Positions 1 through 12,700 of a stretch of DNA of 64,000 nucleotides are shown piece after piece. The stretch's first letter is position 1; each line of letters begins with the position of its first letter. Both the position numbers and the translations under genes were made by a program. The notes below the pieces were generated by a model. That model saw only the letters and a program-made list of their open reading frames with translations. It ran no database searches and was not told where the DNA came from. The DNA is from Oculina patagonica. Lineage: Eukaryota. Location of the stretch: contig NC_135764.1 of the NCBI RefSeq assembly GCF_052425735.1, forward strand, positions 24,118,001 to 24,182,000, written 5' to 3'.

Positions 1-1
1 C

Positions 2-169
2 ATCGGGATGAGGTTCGCCTTGATGGAGGTCAAGATGGCTCTGGTGAGAATCCTGATGAAGTATAAGTTCAAAACATCGCCCGAGACCAAAATGCCGCTT
101 GAAATTCGTGTTGGCATAACGCTGTCAGCAAAAGATGGAGTGCTGGTCAAGGTGCAGTCTGCAAGTTAA
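2..169 (+). CDS. Cytochrome P450 (CYP3 clan), C-terminal end; partial at window edge
   Basis: Frame from nt 2 reads IGMRFALMEVKMALVRILMKYKFKTSPETKMPLEIRVGITLSAKDGVLVKVQSAS*. This is the segment directly after the heme Cys (CIGMRFA). Stop TAA at 167-169. Confidence 0.9.
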   Translation: MGMRFALMEVKMALVRILMKYKFKTSPETKMPLEIRVGITLSAKDGVLVKVQSAS

Positions 170-1726
170 AAGAAGTTTCAATTAGCTTTAATGTACCGTG
201 ACTTTCTCGTGTTTTTTTTCTTGTACGCCAAATCTTAACTGATAAAGCCTTGATTTTATACTCAAAATAGAAAGAGTTGTAAACAATCAGCCATTTGATG
301 AAGAGTAACAAGGTGAAACACCGGGACAAACGTAGTCAACCATTGTGCTCAATCGAGTGCTCGACAAGCGTAACTTTGAAGGTTAAAGATGTGTATAGTT
401 ATAGATTACTTTAGTAAGACTTTAGTAACAAATAGATTTCTTTCTGTAACTGAGAGACCAAAATAAAGGAAAATGTGATCTGTGATGTTGATAAGCAGGG
501 CTTTACGACTCAGCTGATTTGATTTAGTTACTTAGAAACTAAGAAAGAAATGAAAAAAAGGAAAAATACAATAGCAGAAAAAATACAGCCACCTTGCCTG
601 CAGCCAAACGTTAGTTTTCAGCATAGCTAAGAATTTAATCATTCCCCAGCTAATGTCATCTAGTATTTTCGCCCACTGGCACTGTGTTGGCAATCCTGAG
701 AAATCTCGGATCTAAGTATTGTACACCCCACTCCTTATTTCACCCGTCTTCGCTTCGCGACTCTCTGCGCGTCGCTTCGCGACACATTTCGGCTCGTTTC
801 GCTCGCCAATAGAGGGCGACTTGGTGCAAGTCTAGTCTGCAAGAAGAAAATTGCAGGGGCACGGTATTTTCGGGCGTTATATATTGACTGAGGAGCAAAG
901 TCACAACAGAAGGCCCATGGATATTTTTCGAACTAATACGGCCGTAACTTTTCTTGATTTGGGGAAATCTTTAAATTTCAACTACGTGTAAAAAGCAAAC
1001 AGACAGCAGTGTTCTCAGGGGCAGATGTAGGATTCTTCTTTGGATGGTGTGCACCACTGCACACTAGGTCATCTCAATGATGGGATGCGCACCCCCCAGC
1101 ACCCTCCCCCAAGACCGTTCCTGGTTATTCATATGACTTAACTTACAACATAAGCTTTCTTAAGTTTTACTTCTTTTACTAGCTATTGCAGTGTCGAGTC
1201 GAGTCTACCGTTTGTCGTTCATTTGGCGGTGTTATTAGCTATTATATGACCTGCAATTTTGTTTATATGTCAAGTGACATCGACTGAGTAAATAGTCTTC
1301 ACAGTCTGTCCATAAAAATCACTACCAATGAGGAAAGAAAACAATCAGCATGTTTCCTTATTTGCAATGCAAAATCGTGGAAAACTGCTCGATGTGTGAA
1401 AGTCACGCGATCCAAATAACACCTCACGCACGTTCTTGAGAAATTATTTCAAGAGATGCTATAATAAAACCAATTTACAAAGAGCCAGTATTCTTTATGC
1501 GTTCTAGTAAGCATCGGAAAACATTCAGCTACTTCGTAAGCCCAAGACAGAGGATCAAATTATTTTTCGTGACAAAACCCCAGGTGTGAATATTAGCTTG
1601 TGTTTACTTTTCACTGACACCATCACCCTTCACGCGTGACAGCGGCGTACGTTACAAATGTGATTATAATTATTTCTTTGTAGTAAATAATAAAGATGGT
1701 AATTTTTTTTAAGCTCGGTAACAAAT

Positions 1727-1966
1727 AATGAAGATGAAGTATTCAACATGACACGAGCATGGGACAAAGAAAAATTCTGAGTCCCCGACGGGAATCGAAC
1801 CCATGGCCTCCCTAGTAAAATGGCCCAGCTCACAACGTGTCTCTCGTAGCTCAGTTGGTTAGAGCGCCCAACCGGTATCTGGGAGGCCATGGCTTCGATT
1901 CCCGTCGGGGACTCAGAATTTTTCTTTGTCCCATGCTCGTGTCATGTTGAATACTTCATCTTCATT
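1727..1966. mobile_element. Palindromic tRNA-derived SINE-like repeat
   Basis: Near-perfect inverted arms of about 86 bp (1727-1812 and 1881-1966). The + strand has an A-box (TAGCTCAGTTGG) and a B-box-like GGCTTCGATTCC followed by a non-tRNA tail. Confidence 0.8.
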
Positions 1967-1995
1967 AATTATTTCTTTGTCACTTGCATCGGCAG

Positions 1996-4230
1996 ACAAA
2001 AGGTGTTCGCGATTTCGCTGGTTAGAAAACCATCTTTAGTCGTCGCAGATCCCGAAATGCTGAAAACGATCATGGTCAAGGAGTTCTCGACGTTTCACAA
2101 CCGAATGATCATTGATGCCGATCCCTCCGCCACCGATGGGTTCAAACGTGTTCTCCGCGCGTGACGAGACGTGGAAGCGAATTCGCAGCATTCTGACGCC
2201 CTCGTTCAGCGCGAGGAAAATGAAACTGATGGTTCCACTGATGGAAGAATCGTGTGATGTGTTTTTGAAGAAACTTGAAGGGATCGCTGATACCGGTGAA
2301 TACTTAAAATGAAATGATCAATGTGACGACACGGGGAGGTACAAAGACCTACAAATGATTTATTTTTGAGGAGGGATTAAAAATAGCCACTATGGAGATT
2401 TTTGAGTCGTTTTCTAGGAGTGCAACCCCTGTATATGTTGTTGGTAATCACTCGTAATAATATCGAGGAGGATTTTCACTTGGCAATAATTTTAAATTAG
2501 TTTACATGATTTCGCCTGTGACTATGCATAACTAGTTCGGTGACTTTAGTGATGAGTTCGCCGGTGATCCTCCTTCAGGAGTAAAGGTCCTCTAACGCTT
2601 CATTCCGTAGAAATATGGCAAGTTCTGCCGAAGTTTGCCATCTTAACCCCCTAAACCACCTCACGCCTTTACAAAGCGCCCATGAGAAATTTGATCATTA
2701 AAGGGTAACCAACGTTCAACATTTAATTTATCTCTACCAGTAAGACTACGAGCCCGAGTTTTCTATGAACGAACAATCAACCAGTCGCAGCCGAGTTGTT
2801 ATCGCTCATAAAAAATGAAAGCAAATAGTCCAGTTCCATTATTAGACATTTCGAAGGTTTGAATTTTATGTATTTGTAAGCCAAAAATTAAGAAAAACTA
2901 TCCCTTTTAGAACAACGCGTGCGCGATCGTGTCCTATCAACCAATAGACAACAATGAGAAAACCAATCAGATTCGCAGATTTCCAATAGAACACGGCTGG
3001 GTGTCTGCCGCAATATTTTGCATGTATTGTCAGGAACGGATCTTAATTCGAACACTTAATTACTAGCTTATTCTCTAACAGGTTAAAATAATACAGCTCT
3101 ACCATAAAGATTATGATAAGACCTTAAGTGGTACTTGACGTGTTTTTATTGAAGGAATTCAGTCACTCTTTAAAGAAAAGAATTGTAAAACAAAACACTT
3201 TTCGATACCTTTGTTGAGGCACGCTATTGCATTCGGTTCGCCACGCTATTCCGCGTGCGCATCCTAAGATTAATCTTGTTGGAAACCAATCTCTCCACAG
3301 TTTTAAGTAAAGCTTTATTATAAAACAAATAAAAAAGCCTTGACCGTGCTTTGTTCTGACCGCGCTCCTACATTTTTCTTCTAGCAGAAGAGTGAAATAA
3401 CGAGTGGGGTGCAAGCACTCAAGGAAGTGACGAGAGCACTCAAGAACAAGTAGGGAAAAATACTCGCCTGCGGCTCGTGTTTCAACCTACACTTCTTTCG
3501 TGCTCTCGTCACTTCCTTGCGTGCTTTATAACAGACCAAAGCACAGTTAAGGCTTTTTATTTGTTAATTAATTTTATTTTTGTCTCAATCTCTTTCCTTC
3601 CCGTGGGCGTCAGCTTACCGTTTTTTTACTTAGTTTTCTTCTCTAATTTTCAGTAAAAAGAGCTCAGCCCTATGACGCTGAAGTTAGATACGTTATAGTC
3701 AGAATACTTGTTTTAATTTACCGCTGTACTTGTTTTTGTAGGTAAATCAGTGAACATTGTGGACTGGTTTAGCATGCTAACATTAGAAATTATCCTCTCG
3801 ACTGCATTTGGCGTCAAAGCTGACGTGCAAACTGATCAAGCTGAATCGAGAGTGCGGTCAAGATTACGAAATTAACAGCATCTCTAATCCTAAAGGCATG
3901 GGAATCGTTATTCCGTTTTATGCTCTGCATCATGATCCTATTGCCTGGCCGGAGCAGGAGAAGTTTGACCCGGAAAGATTTCGCGGTTCCGCCAAAGATT
4001 CCCGTCATCCCTATTAGTACCTTCCTTTTGGAGCCGGGCCTAGAAACTGCATTGGGATGAGGTTCGCCTTGATGGAGATCAAGATCGCTCTGGTGAAAAT
4101 CCTAACCAAGTACAAGTTTGTGCAATCACCCAAGACACAAGTGCCGTTGGTTATGCACGCTGGTAATACCCTCTCCCCTCGAGACGGGGTTCATTTAAGA
4201 GTCGAGACCGTTTACAGCCATCCGACATAA
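1996..4230 (+). pseudogene. Cytochrome P450 (CYP3 clan) pseudogene
   Basis: Exon ~1996-2295 reads KPSLVVADPEMLKTIMVKEFSTFHNR, then a frameshift near 2110, then ETWKRIRSILTPSFSARKMK. Exon 3742-4230 reads GKSVNIVDWF...TAFG fused out of frame to KLNREC...FDPERF...[20 protein letters not shown]. In-frame TAG at 4015-4017; the I-helix and ExxR region are absent. Confidence 0.88.
3318..3567. mobile_element. MITE with terminal inverted repeats in the P450 pseudogene intron
   Basis: AACAAATAAAAAAGCCTTGACCGTGCTTTG at the left is mirrored by CAAAGCACAGTTAAGGCTTTTTATTTGTT at the right. Confidence 0.65.
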
Positions 4231-4695
4231 ACTATTTTACGGTACTGCCAAATCTTGTTAACGAAATATGAGTTTTAGGCTTACGCGTCACCACTAAACA
4301 AAGCAGGAACGACTTTGTGTTCTTATGAAACTTTTTAAGACGGAATCCATCAGAAAATCGAGTCATATTGGACAAAAATCGAGTACCAGAGTAATTAAAA
4401 TCCTATTGCGTTATTTTTTACCCTTTTTAAAAGCTTAAGATGTAAAAAATTATCCGTGATAACTCAACAATTTCTTATCAGCGCCTGGGAAAATATATTT
4501 CAAAGTTCAGAGCATGGGAAAATATATTTCAAAGTTCACGTGTAGTTTTGTTTTGGATGTTTGGTGTTGTTAGAAATGATTTATTTTTATGAGATATTTG
4601 AAACAGTAACACAGAAGTTTGCAATATGATGGAAATAATCTTGGTAAATAATTTTGTCCAGTTAATATTCGAAGTCCTGGTGGATTCTGTCTTAA

Positions 4696-5382
4696 GGTAT
4701 CACGGAAGGAAAATTGCCGTTTTCGTCCCAAGTCAAATTGTGTGCAAACCATCAATGGTAACCCCAATAAAGTATATATTTTCTGAAAGCTTATTGAATA
4801 AAGATTCTAATGAGGGATTTTGTTTGCATCATATAGCCCATAATAAGCAACGTCAGCATTTTGTTTACAATTATGATGTTGCACAACTTTGGGTTTATTT
4901 AAGAACACATTTACATGAGAACCTAAACTTTTATGTGGAATTTGATCTACATATTATTGGTCTAAAAAACGGTGTCTCAGATTTTTCTTTTCTTGCTCCA
5001 TTAATTTTTTATGAATTTTTAATCTTAAAAAAGCCCTAAAAACGCCATTTTAAAGTTTAAAAATTCATAAAAAATTAATGGAGCAAGAAAAGAAAAATCT
5101 GAGACACCGTTTTTTAGACCAATATATGTAGATCAAATTCCACATAAAAGTTTTTGCTTTCATGTAAATGTGTTCTCAAATAAACCTAAAGTTGCGCAAC
5201 ATCATAATTGCAAACAAAATGCTGACATTGCTTATTATGGTCTATATGATCAAAACAAAATCTAAAATTACAATCTTTATTCAATAAGCTTTCAGAAAAT
5301 ATATACTTTATTGGGGTTACCATTGATGGTTTGCACACAATTTCGCATGGAGCGAAAACGCCAATTTTCCTTCCGTGATACC
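4696..5382. mobile_element. Foldback non-autonomous DNA transposon (Kolobok-like termini)
   Basis: Inverted arms of about 330 bp (GGTATCACGGAAGGAAAATTG ... CAATTTTCCTTCCGTGATACC) with a short central spacer. Flanked by TTAA (4692-4695) and ATAA (5383-5386). Confidence 0.8.
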
Positions 5383-8300
5383 ATAAACTTTTGAAGAGGT
5401 CCTTTTTAATCGCACAACTGATAGCATTTTTCCGAGAAAAAAATTGATGCGTGTCTAGCACTCTTTTTTTATAAGAATACATTTTTTCCAACCCAGGCTG
5501 AATATTCTTATTTTTCTGCCGATTTTAGGCTGAAAATATTCTTATGAACATTCTTAGAAAATACCGTTTGACATTTCCGTTTTAGCAAGTATTGGATAAT
5601 CAATTACAACTGTTTGGTGTCTAGATATGTATCGTGTTACATTGTGCACATGTACCATTGCTTTTCATTGCAGCCTGGCCGTTTTGGCTTAAAACAAAGC
5701 ATTCCTCTCAGAGATAAGTGACGGAAATGAAAATACCTGATTTTTCTTATATAACTTTTGTTAGCGATATAAAAGAAATTCTGTAAAAAATTATCTGATT
5801 TTTTGGTTATGTCTTATAAAGGTTGCACTGAGCAAATACAGTAGAATTTAATAACTTATTGCTATCACATACTAGAAACAAAGGCCATTTTCTTTAGATT
5901 TGCTAGCACCATGTTACAATAAATTATACCTGGATGATCTTTTCACTCATACGGAATCACATTTTAGCTATCGATATTTTCCTATCTTTCATTAGATCCT
6001 CCTACTTTAGGATTTAGATCTTCTACCACCAAGATGGATATCGTGTGTTGGTATAGCATCTTATGCTTTTAGTAGTTGAAACTCGTCTTTCTAAACCTCT
6101 TCCTCGGCGTCATTAACCAGGCGCATATCATTGTGTAACAGGCAGCTGAATTCCTGTTTCAGTCTTGTCGCAGACAATCCCTTACTTATTGGCGTCTTCC
6201 CTGCTGTTCATCCCGTTGCCGCCTTTGACACGATAATCGTTCCTCCTTCTCTATGGTTGCCGTGGTCCTGAGTCTTGAGTGTTTGACGGGTGTCATTCGA
6301 TGGAACTGTTACATAACCACTGCCAATCCATCTGCATTCTCTTATTCCCAAAAAGTCCACGTGGTAGACGTTTTTCTGATCTCTAATTTTGCTGTCTTTT
6401 CTGTCTAGAAGATCAATTCTAATTATCGATGAGGCACATCAACTTTGGACTCGCAGTGGTGTCATCTTTTAGTGCGCTGTGACTAGATTTTTAGTCAACA
6501 CACTCTCTGACTGAGAGAAATACGAAACGATCGGCGATGCTGATCAAAATAAAAATCATGATTCGTTCAAATACTTAGTTGTCAAGGGAAAAACTGCTCA
6601 CCGGGTCGCCACCGTTTTCTCCACAAGGGAATAGATCGATCCGAAAACTGACTATGATGTATGGAGTGACCGCACCAGTTTGTAATCACTGACGGGCGCG
6701 TTTCAAACGTGATGCGAAAACCATCCAAACACCGAATTTACCAAAAGACGAATTCAGACTCACATGAACAAAAACATGGCACGGACTTCCTGAGAAATAT
6801 ATTATGAATTTTCTAAAACTAATAGGCCTTACAACTTTTCAAAGTTACCACGATGGACATGATGGATCAATGCTTTGCGTTCTACCAAGGTTCATTTTTT
6901 AACTTTTCTTATGATAATGGCGAAGCTAGGAAAGGGCAAAAATTCAAAACGTGCCAAGAACGTATCCAAGGCTAAAATATAGGTGAGAAGTTTATCTATC
7001 TCCGTTGTTGTGAAAAAGATAGGTAAATTAAAAATGATCACAGAATGAATCATCCTTTGTTCAAATGCAAACTGGAACCAACATTATCATCACCTGACAG
7101 CAACGCGTTTACGAAGAATTTAAATGCATTTCAGAGCGACTCACTGCAGTGTCTCTGTTTTTAATTTTGAAAAAGCAAGTTTATTTTAAGAACGCCTTCA
7201 GGTTCAAACCGTCGATAATTAATTCCATCGTGAGGCAAACGAGTAAACGTTAATCTTTCCTATCTTATACGACGATGAACAAGAAACACATCTTTAATGA
7301 CATTAAGAAGGTCAATTCAATGGACATGATGATTCAACTTAATCACGGGAAAAAGCAAATCCAAAGGGTACTGATGTCTAATCTTCCGTAAATTTCCATT
7401 TCAGATAATGGCTGATTGTTCAAAGCAAGATTACGTTACTCTGGGATTAATTAGCAATAATTTGAAACAAACCCCATTGTATAACATCTCAATGAGGCTT
7501 TCAATTGAGAGACAATTGAGTTAATTGTCTTTCGTCTTGTTTGTGAATCCGGCATCTGAGGGCGTTATCTTTAGGACCATCGGAAAAAAGGGTACAAATA
7601 TCAGTTTCTCGCACGTGAAATCACTGCCGATCTGTTCCTCTCATTGTTGTGGACAGATGGCTGACCAGTTGTCTTTCCATCTGGGAAACAACCGAGGTCA
7701 GTTATTAAAATTCCCAAATTTTAAAAAAAAAAGACTTTATCAGTTTTCATTCAGTTGCACTCTATCCAAAACTCTTACACTCGAGAGCGTAACTAATTTT
7801 AGTATGTTCACGTGGTGGACTAATTGCGTTTTTTTTTTATAAATATACGATACAAAAAGAATAACAAGTGACCCACTCGATTTTGTCTCCTAGATCAGTG
7901 TCTCTTGCTCGAGGGTCTGGATGTGGGCGACGTTATCTCAGTTATCTGTTAAATTTTCGGCGATTTCTAAGACAGTAAACTTTGCCGATCTAAGATCTCG
8001 GTTTTCAGGTAAAAAAACACGCCATTTCTCAGCTGTCAGTTAGAGTTTTGACCGATTCTTAAACATCAGTTTATGCTCTGTTTTGCTATGTTTTGACATT
8101 CCCTATGCATCCTCATCTGAACCGACCCACGGACATTGGAATCTGTTCAAGGTTTCATACAATAACAAAAAGGTTTTCTGCAAGTATTAATTTCGTCTAA
8201 AGCTAAGAATAGCAATGGGTTGACGAAATGTTTTCAGAACCCGTCAAAACACTTTTGCTATTAAGAAATGACTCCAACACTGAAAATTACTGTTCCACAG

Positions 8301-9772
8301 TGTTTTTCCACAATCACTGGTTGATGCTCCGTCTGGATGGATCAATTGCATGACCAATGATTTAATACTGATTTATTTAAGGATAATTTTAAAACGTAAA
8401 CGGCCAGTTTAGGTAGCAATTTCAGTTCGAAATTTAATAAATACTGATTTATCTTAGGATGAACTGAAATAATTTTCAAAACGTAAACGGCCAGTTTAGG
8501 TTGCAATTTCAGATCGGATTTGAGAACTGACGTAGCAAAATAGTTAGCATTATTTTGCCGATAACAAGTTCGATCTTGATGGAGTCCTACCACTGGTTGA
8601 CGTCATTTCAGCGCGCGATGAACTCTGACAAGCTATGGCAAAAATCCAGCGATATCTGATGCATGGTAATTTAATTTGTTCTACCATGTCTCGATGCTTA
8701 AGTATCAACCATCTAAAAGTGTCCACTAGAGATTTTACTGTAGATATATGTTCCTTGTCAAATGTTGAAATTACTTGCAATGGCTGAAACGCAATGGTAT
8801 CTACCTAAGTACCTTCTTCCGACTGAAAACATCTTGAGTGTTTTTGGTTGATCGCGTGCGGCCAATCGTCGCGTGCTTACAAAAAGAAAAGGCGGCGTTT
8901 CCTTATCTTGACGGTCTTTTGGATTAGGGTTAAAGGTGCTTTAAACAATTTCACGCAATGGCTCCTTGCGCAATGATGTTATGTCGTTTTGTGCTGTTAT
9001 TTACAGCAGAGTGGGAGTTCCATTTGGTACGCATCTGCTAACTTGTCTTCCTGTGTAGCTCTCGAGCTTTGTTGCATCTGATGATAACGAAAAGAAGATG
9101 TCCCTTTGCATTTGTGGGTAAGAAGATGCCTTGACTTCTTTTGATCATAGAACACCGTAGTCAGTTCTTTTTTTATTAACCTCTTACAATTATCTTGTGA
9201 TTACGACGTGATTAAGGAAACCAAAAATCTTCCTTTTTTGACAGGAAAAAAGTAACAATATTTTTCGCTGGTTCAGCCAAAGAGGAATTACGCGTCAAAA
9301 CAACATCGTCGCCGCGGATGATGTTGAGGAAATGAAGTTCAATTTCAGGAAATGCACTTTCCAATAAAAAATTGTTATGAAGTGACAAAACTGTTTAATC
9401 ACAACTCATCAAAGGCGATTTTTTTTAATTTATACTTTTTATGACATGTTAATTGCGCAATGCGCAAACTAATGAGCTTAACTCGTACATGCCAGTTGAC
9501 GTGTCTTTAATTGACTCGTCCACTAGTTAACGCTTGCCGTCATTCGCTGTAAAAACATAGAGGGTTAACAACTGACCCACGCTAATATAAATCTTAGAGG
9601 GTGCTTCTTAGAATCTATCCAAAGAGTACCCCTGCGGAAAAGATATAAATTGCAAGTGTTTCATCCGCGTGGGAGGAGTATATTCTTGTACGGTGCACGA
9701 AGGACAAATTGAAAACAACATCAAATCAAGAATTGGTAATAAATAGTTGTTTTTTTCCTACTCTGATGCGCG

Positions 9773-12700
9773 ATGAGGTTCTTGGAGATTAAAGATTTGG
9801 CTGTTACACCAAAGGTATGTTTTCCATCATTTACGGAGCTAGTTTTTAAATGAGCGTTTGTTTGGCGTAGGGCTTAGGATGAGTTCATCTGCTGAATAAC
9901 CACAAATCAGCTGAGAGTAAGGAAATGCATTTGGAGGCATGTCCATGAATTCTCGTTCTTCGGATAAAGAAAGAAAGTGTCAAATGGGAAAAAGCCTAAG
10001 ATAATATGAGACGACTTTAGTGCCGAAAAGCTGCAAGAGAACCGAGAGAACCTGTCTGCGTTATAACAATGGATTTCTAATAAAAAGAAAAAATGATATA
10101 GAAAGAGAGAAGTGCCCAAGAGGAATCGTAAACCCTCAAAATGGGCTGCAGTGGGTGAAAAACGCAAATCAGATTTTTTATCATCATTCATACAAATGAT
10201 CCATTCAGGAAGGCCCTGTCGATTTTCTTCTATACGTTACTGACTGTACCTAATAATTAATGTACGGGTATTGACTAAAAAATAAATAACACATCACTAC
10301 CAAAATAAATAGCGTTAGTTGTGTAGCTGTGAATAGTTCGGCTGCCCATGCATCAGTTCTGGGGAAATGTAACTATTGCAAGAGGGCATTACAACGAAGA
10401 CCTTGATGCAGCTCGGATTTCGGCAATCATCCATTAATACATGGGCTTTCTGTGCCAGTAATAGAAGCGATAAAGCAAAGATTATGCGTAGACTCATTTA
10501 ATCCAACCATTTCAAACAATTTTAATTAAAACTTATACAAATAGCTCTTTCGGTGGATGGAAGGCGTTAATCGTTTATTTTCTTTGGATGGAATGTGACG
10601 AGTTTTATCTTTCGTTATCAAGGCGGTTACCCAGGGTGCCATAGTGTTTTTAGCCATGATATGTGCTGCAAAGCCGCTAAAGCGCAATCTAGCTTTTGTT
10701 GCTTTCACCGCTCCTTGCGAATGACAAATATAACCCCTGGCACCAAGGGTACAAGGCGTTGGTTTCCGAAGGACAGAGATTTGTCTTCTTCTTTCTTGTT
10801 TTCAAACTTGCATTTCATAGCATAAACTCCTTTAGCCAGAATAAATCGATAACGTAGATCTCTGAATCAAATTGTTCTTTATTGTGGGAACATTTGGATA
10901 GGGTTTGCCCCACCAGACTCGGGCAAAAATTTGCTAAATTTGCATTCCTCTTTAATCAACTGAATTCAAAAATATGTTACTTTATGGAAACAATAGACAC
11001 ACTGCTTCTGAACACTGTTTCTAAACAAAAGACACAGTGTTGTACACCAGAAGGGAAGTTTCAAATATTTGCTTCAGGCTGCGAAGTGCTTGAAAGACAA
11101 TCTACCTTATAAAGAGACCCGAAGGACACGACGGATTTCGTGAGCATAATAAGAGCCCCTTGTTTTGGAGCTTGACATTCGGCCGGATTTAGTGCGGGGG
11201 CGGTGGTTCGTGCCACGAGTTATTGTTTATTTTTCTCTTAAGGATTATTTATAACTGTATAGATACAGTACGATTCTATTTTAGGTCAACTCGATTGGGG
11301 TTTTCTTCTTTGAAGGTCGGGTTGACGGGTTTAACGTTTCGTCTAAAATGACATCGAGTGTAACAGAAGAAAAAACGTTTGCAACAATAAAAGCTCGCTG
11401 GCTTAATTCAACGAACTGACTAAACCAAATCAACTTTATGTTGGTGTCGACGTAAGACGCGACGACGATGACAACATCAGTGACAACAAGAATATAGTCA
11501 TGACTTGCTGCACGTGTTTTTTTTCTACACGTGTTGCAGATCTGAAATGACCATCGCAAGAAAGAACGGGCACGTGCTCTACAAAAATGTTTAATCCAAT
11601 TCACATTTGACCGCTGATTGCTCAATAACCTGACCATGTCTAAGAGTAAGATAACGGAGTTTGAAGTGTATTCGTGCGTGAAAGCTCATCTCATTTTTTA
11701 AGAACTGACACCCTTCGGTGCTCACCCTATTGCAAATCTGCGAATTTGCAATAGCAACGATACCATTTCTGATTGGTTCTCCGAATCGTTGCTTATTCGC
11801 TGATGGAAAACAGTTGGGGAAATATGATGCTCTTTTTGGATTAAAATACCTAAATTGAAGCTTTCGGACTGCCATCCTACATGGTGTCTACTATAACAAA
11901 AAGACTACTTGTTTTTTTTTACTATGAACGAAAGTCATCTCGGATGTACCACAATGACTATTCGCTCAAAGAAATTGAGCGAGGGCGAGTAGTCCATTTG
12001 TTAAAAACACCACGATCGCACCCGCATTGCCCTTAAAAAGAAAAATTATTCTTGATTTTTGGCTGATAAATACTTGAGATTGTTGTTTGTGATAGCTGCT
12101 CTTTATTGACATTAACCACTTCACAGCCATGTTCATGAAGGCCCGGATTGCCATGTGTCCTAAATGTCTTAAATAACAACGTCTTTGTGTTTCATTTGAC
12201 AATGATGGCAGGTGTTATAAAGTGTATAGTTCCAAAGTCCGACTGGCAAAAGTTCAAACTCTGCTTAATTCCTTCCCTGAGACTTCCATACTTACGTCCG
12301 ACACATTTGTGTCCCGGGCACTTGGAACAGGCACTTGACCGAGGCGCTTGAGTACTCTAGTAATTTTTTTTTCTCAATACCGCTTTTTCCTTCCTTGAAC
12401 CACGATCAGGCGTAATTTTCCGTGCTCTGTATTTACTTCCTGTCTTGATGTGTCGCTCGAAATAATTACGCCCCGTTTTTTTTTTTCTTATGCAACATCG
12501 CGTAAAGAGAATATAAGGACGAATTCCATTTGTCAGAACTGGTCGGCCGGTCCGGTGGTTCTAAATGTGAAATGGGCCTTTTTCACGAGATTTTCCCACA
12601 AATTTACCATAACAATGTAAAATATTTATGTATTGACTGATTTGACAGGGCAAATCTGACTAATAAAGGAATTCTGTTCTCGAACATACCGGTCTGGCCG

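Noticed and set aside
1844-1913. Functional tRNA gene (also the head at 45195-45266)
   Set aside because: A and B boxes are present, but the acceptor/anticodon stems are poor and the sequence runs on into repeat bodies. These are SINE heads.
4626-5491. Two similar ORFs on opposite strands (137 and 101 aa)
   Set aside because: They are mirror readings of the foldback element arms.
8385-8512. Direct repeats of about 40 bp with a spacer (similar pairs at 27720-27930 and 50731-50873) as CRISPR-like arrays
   Set aside because: Only two copies each, in a eukaryotic context with no cas genes. These are simple local duplications.
9078-9093. Hammerhead ribozyme core (CTGATGA..GAAA)
   Set aside because: No stem II and no convincing stems I or III.
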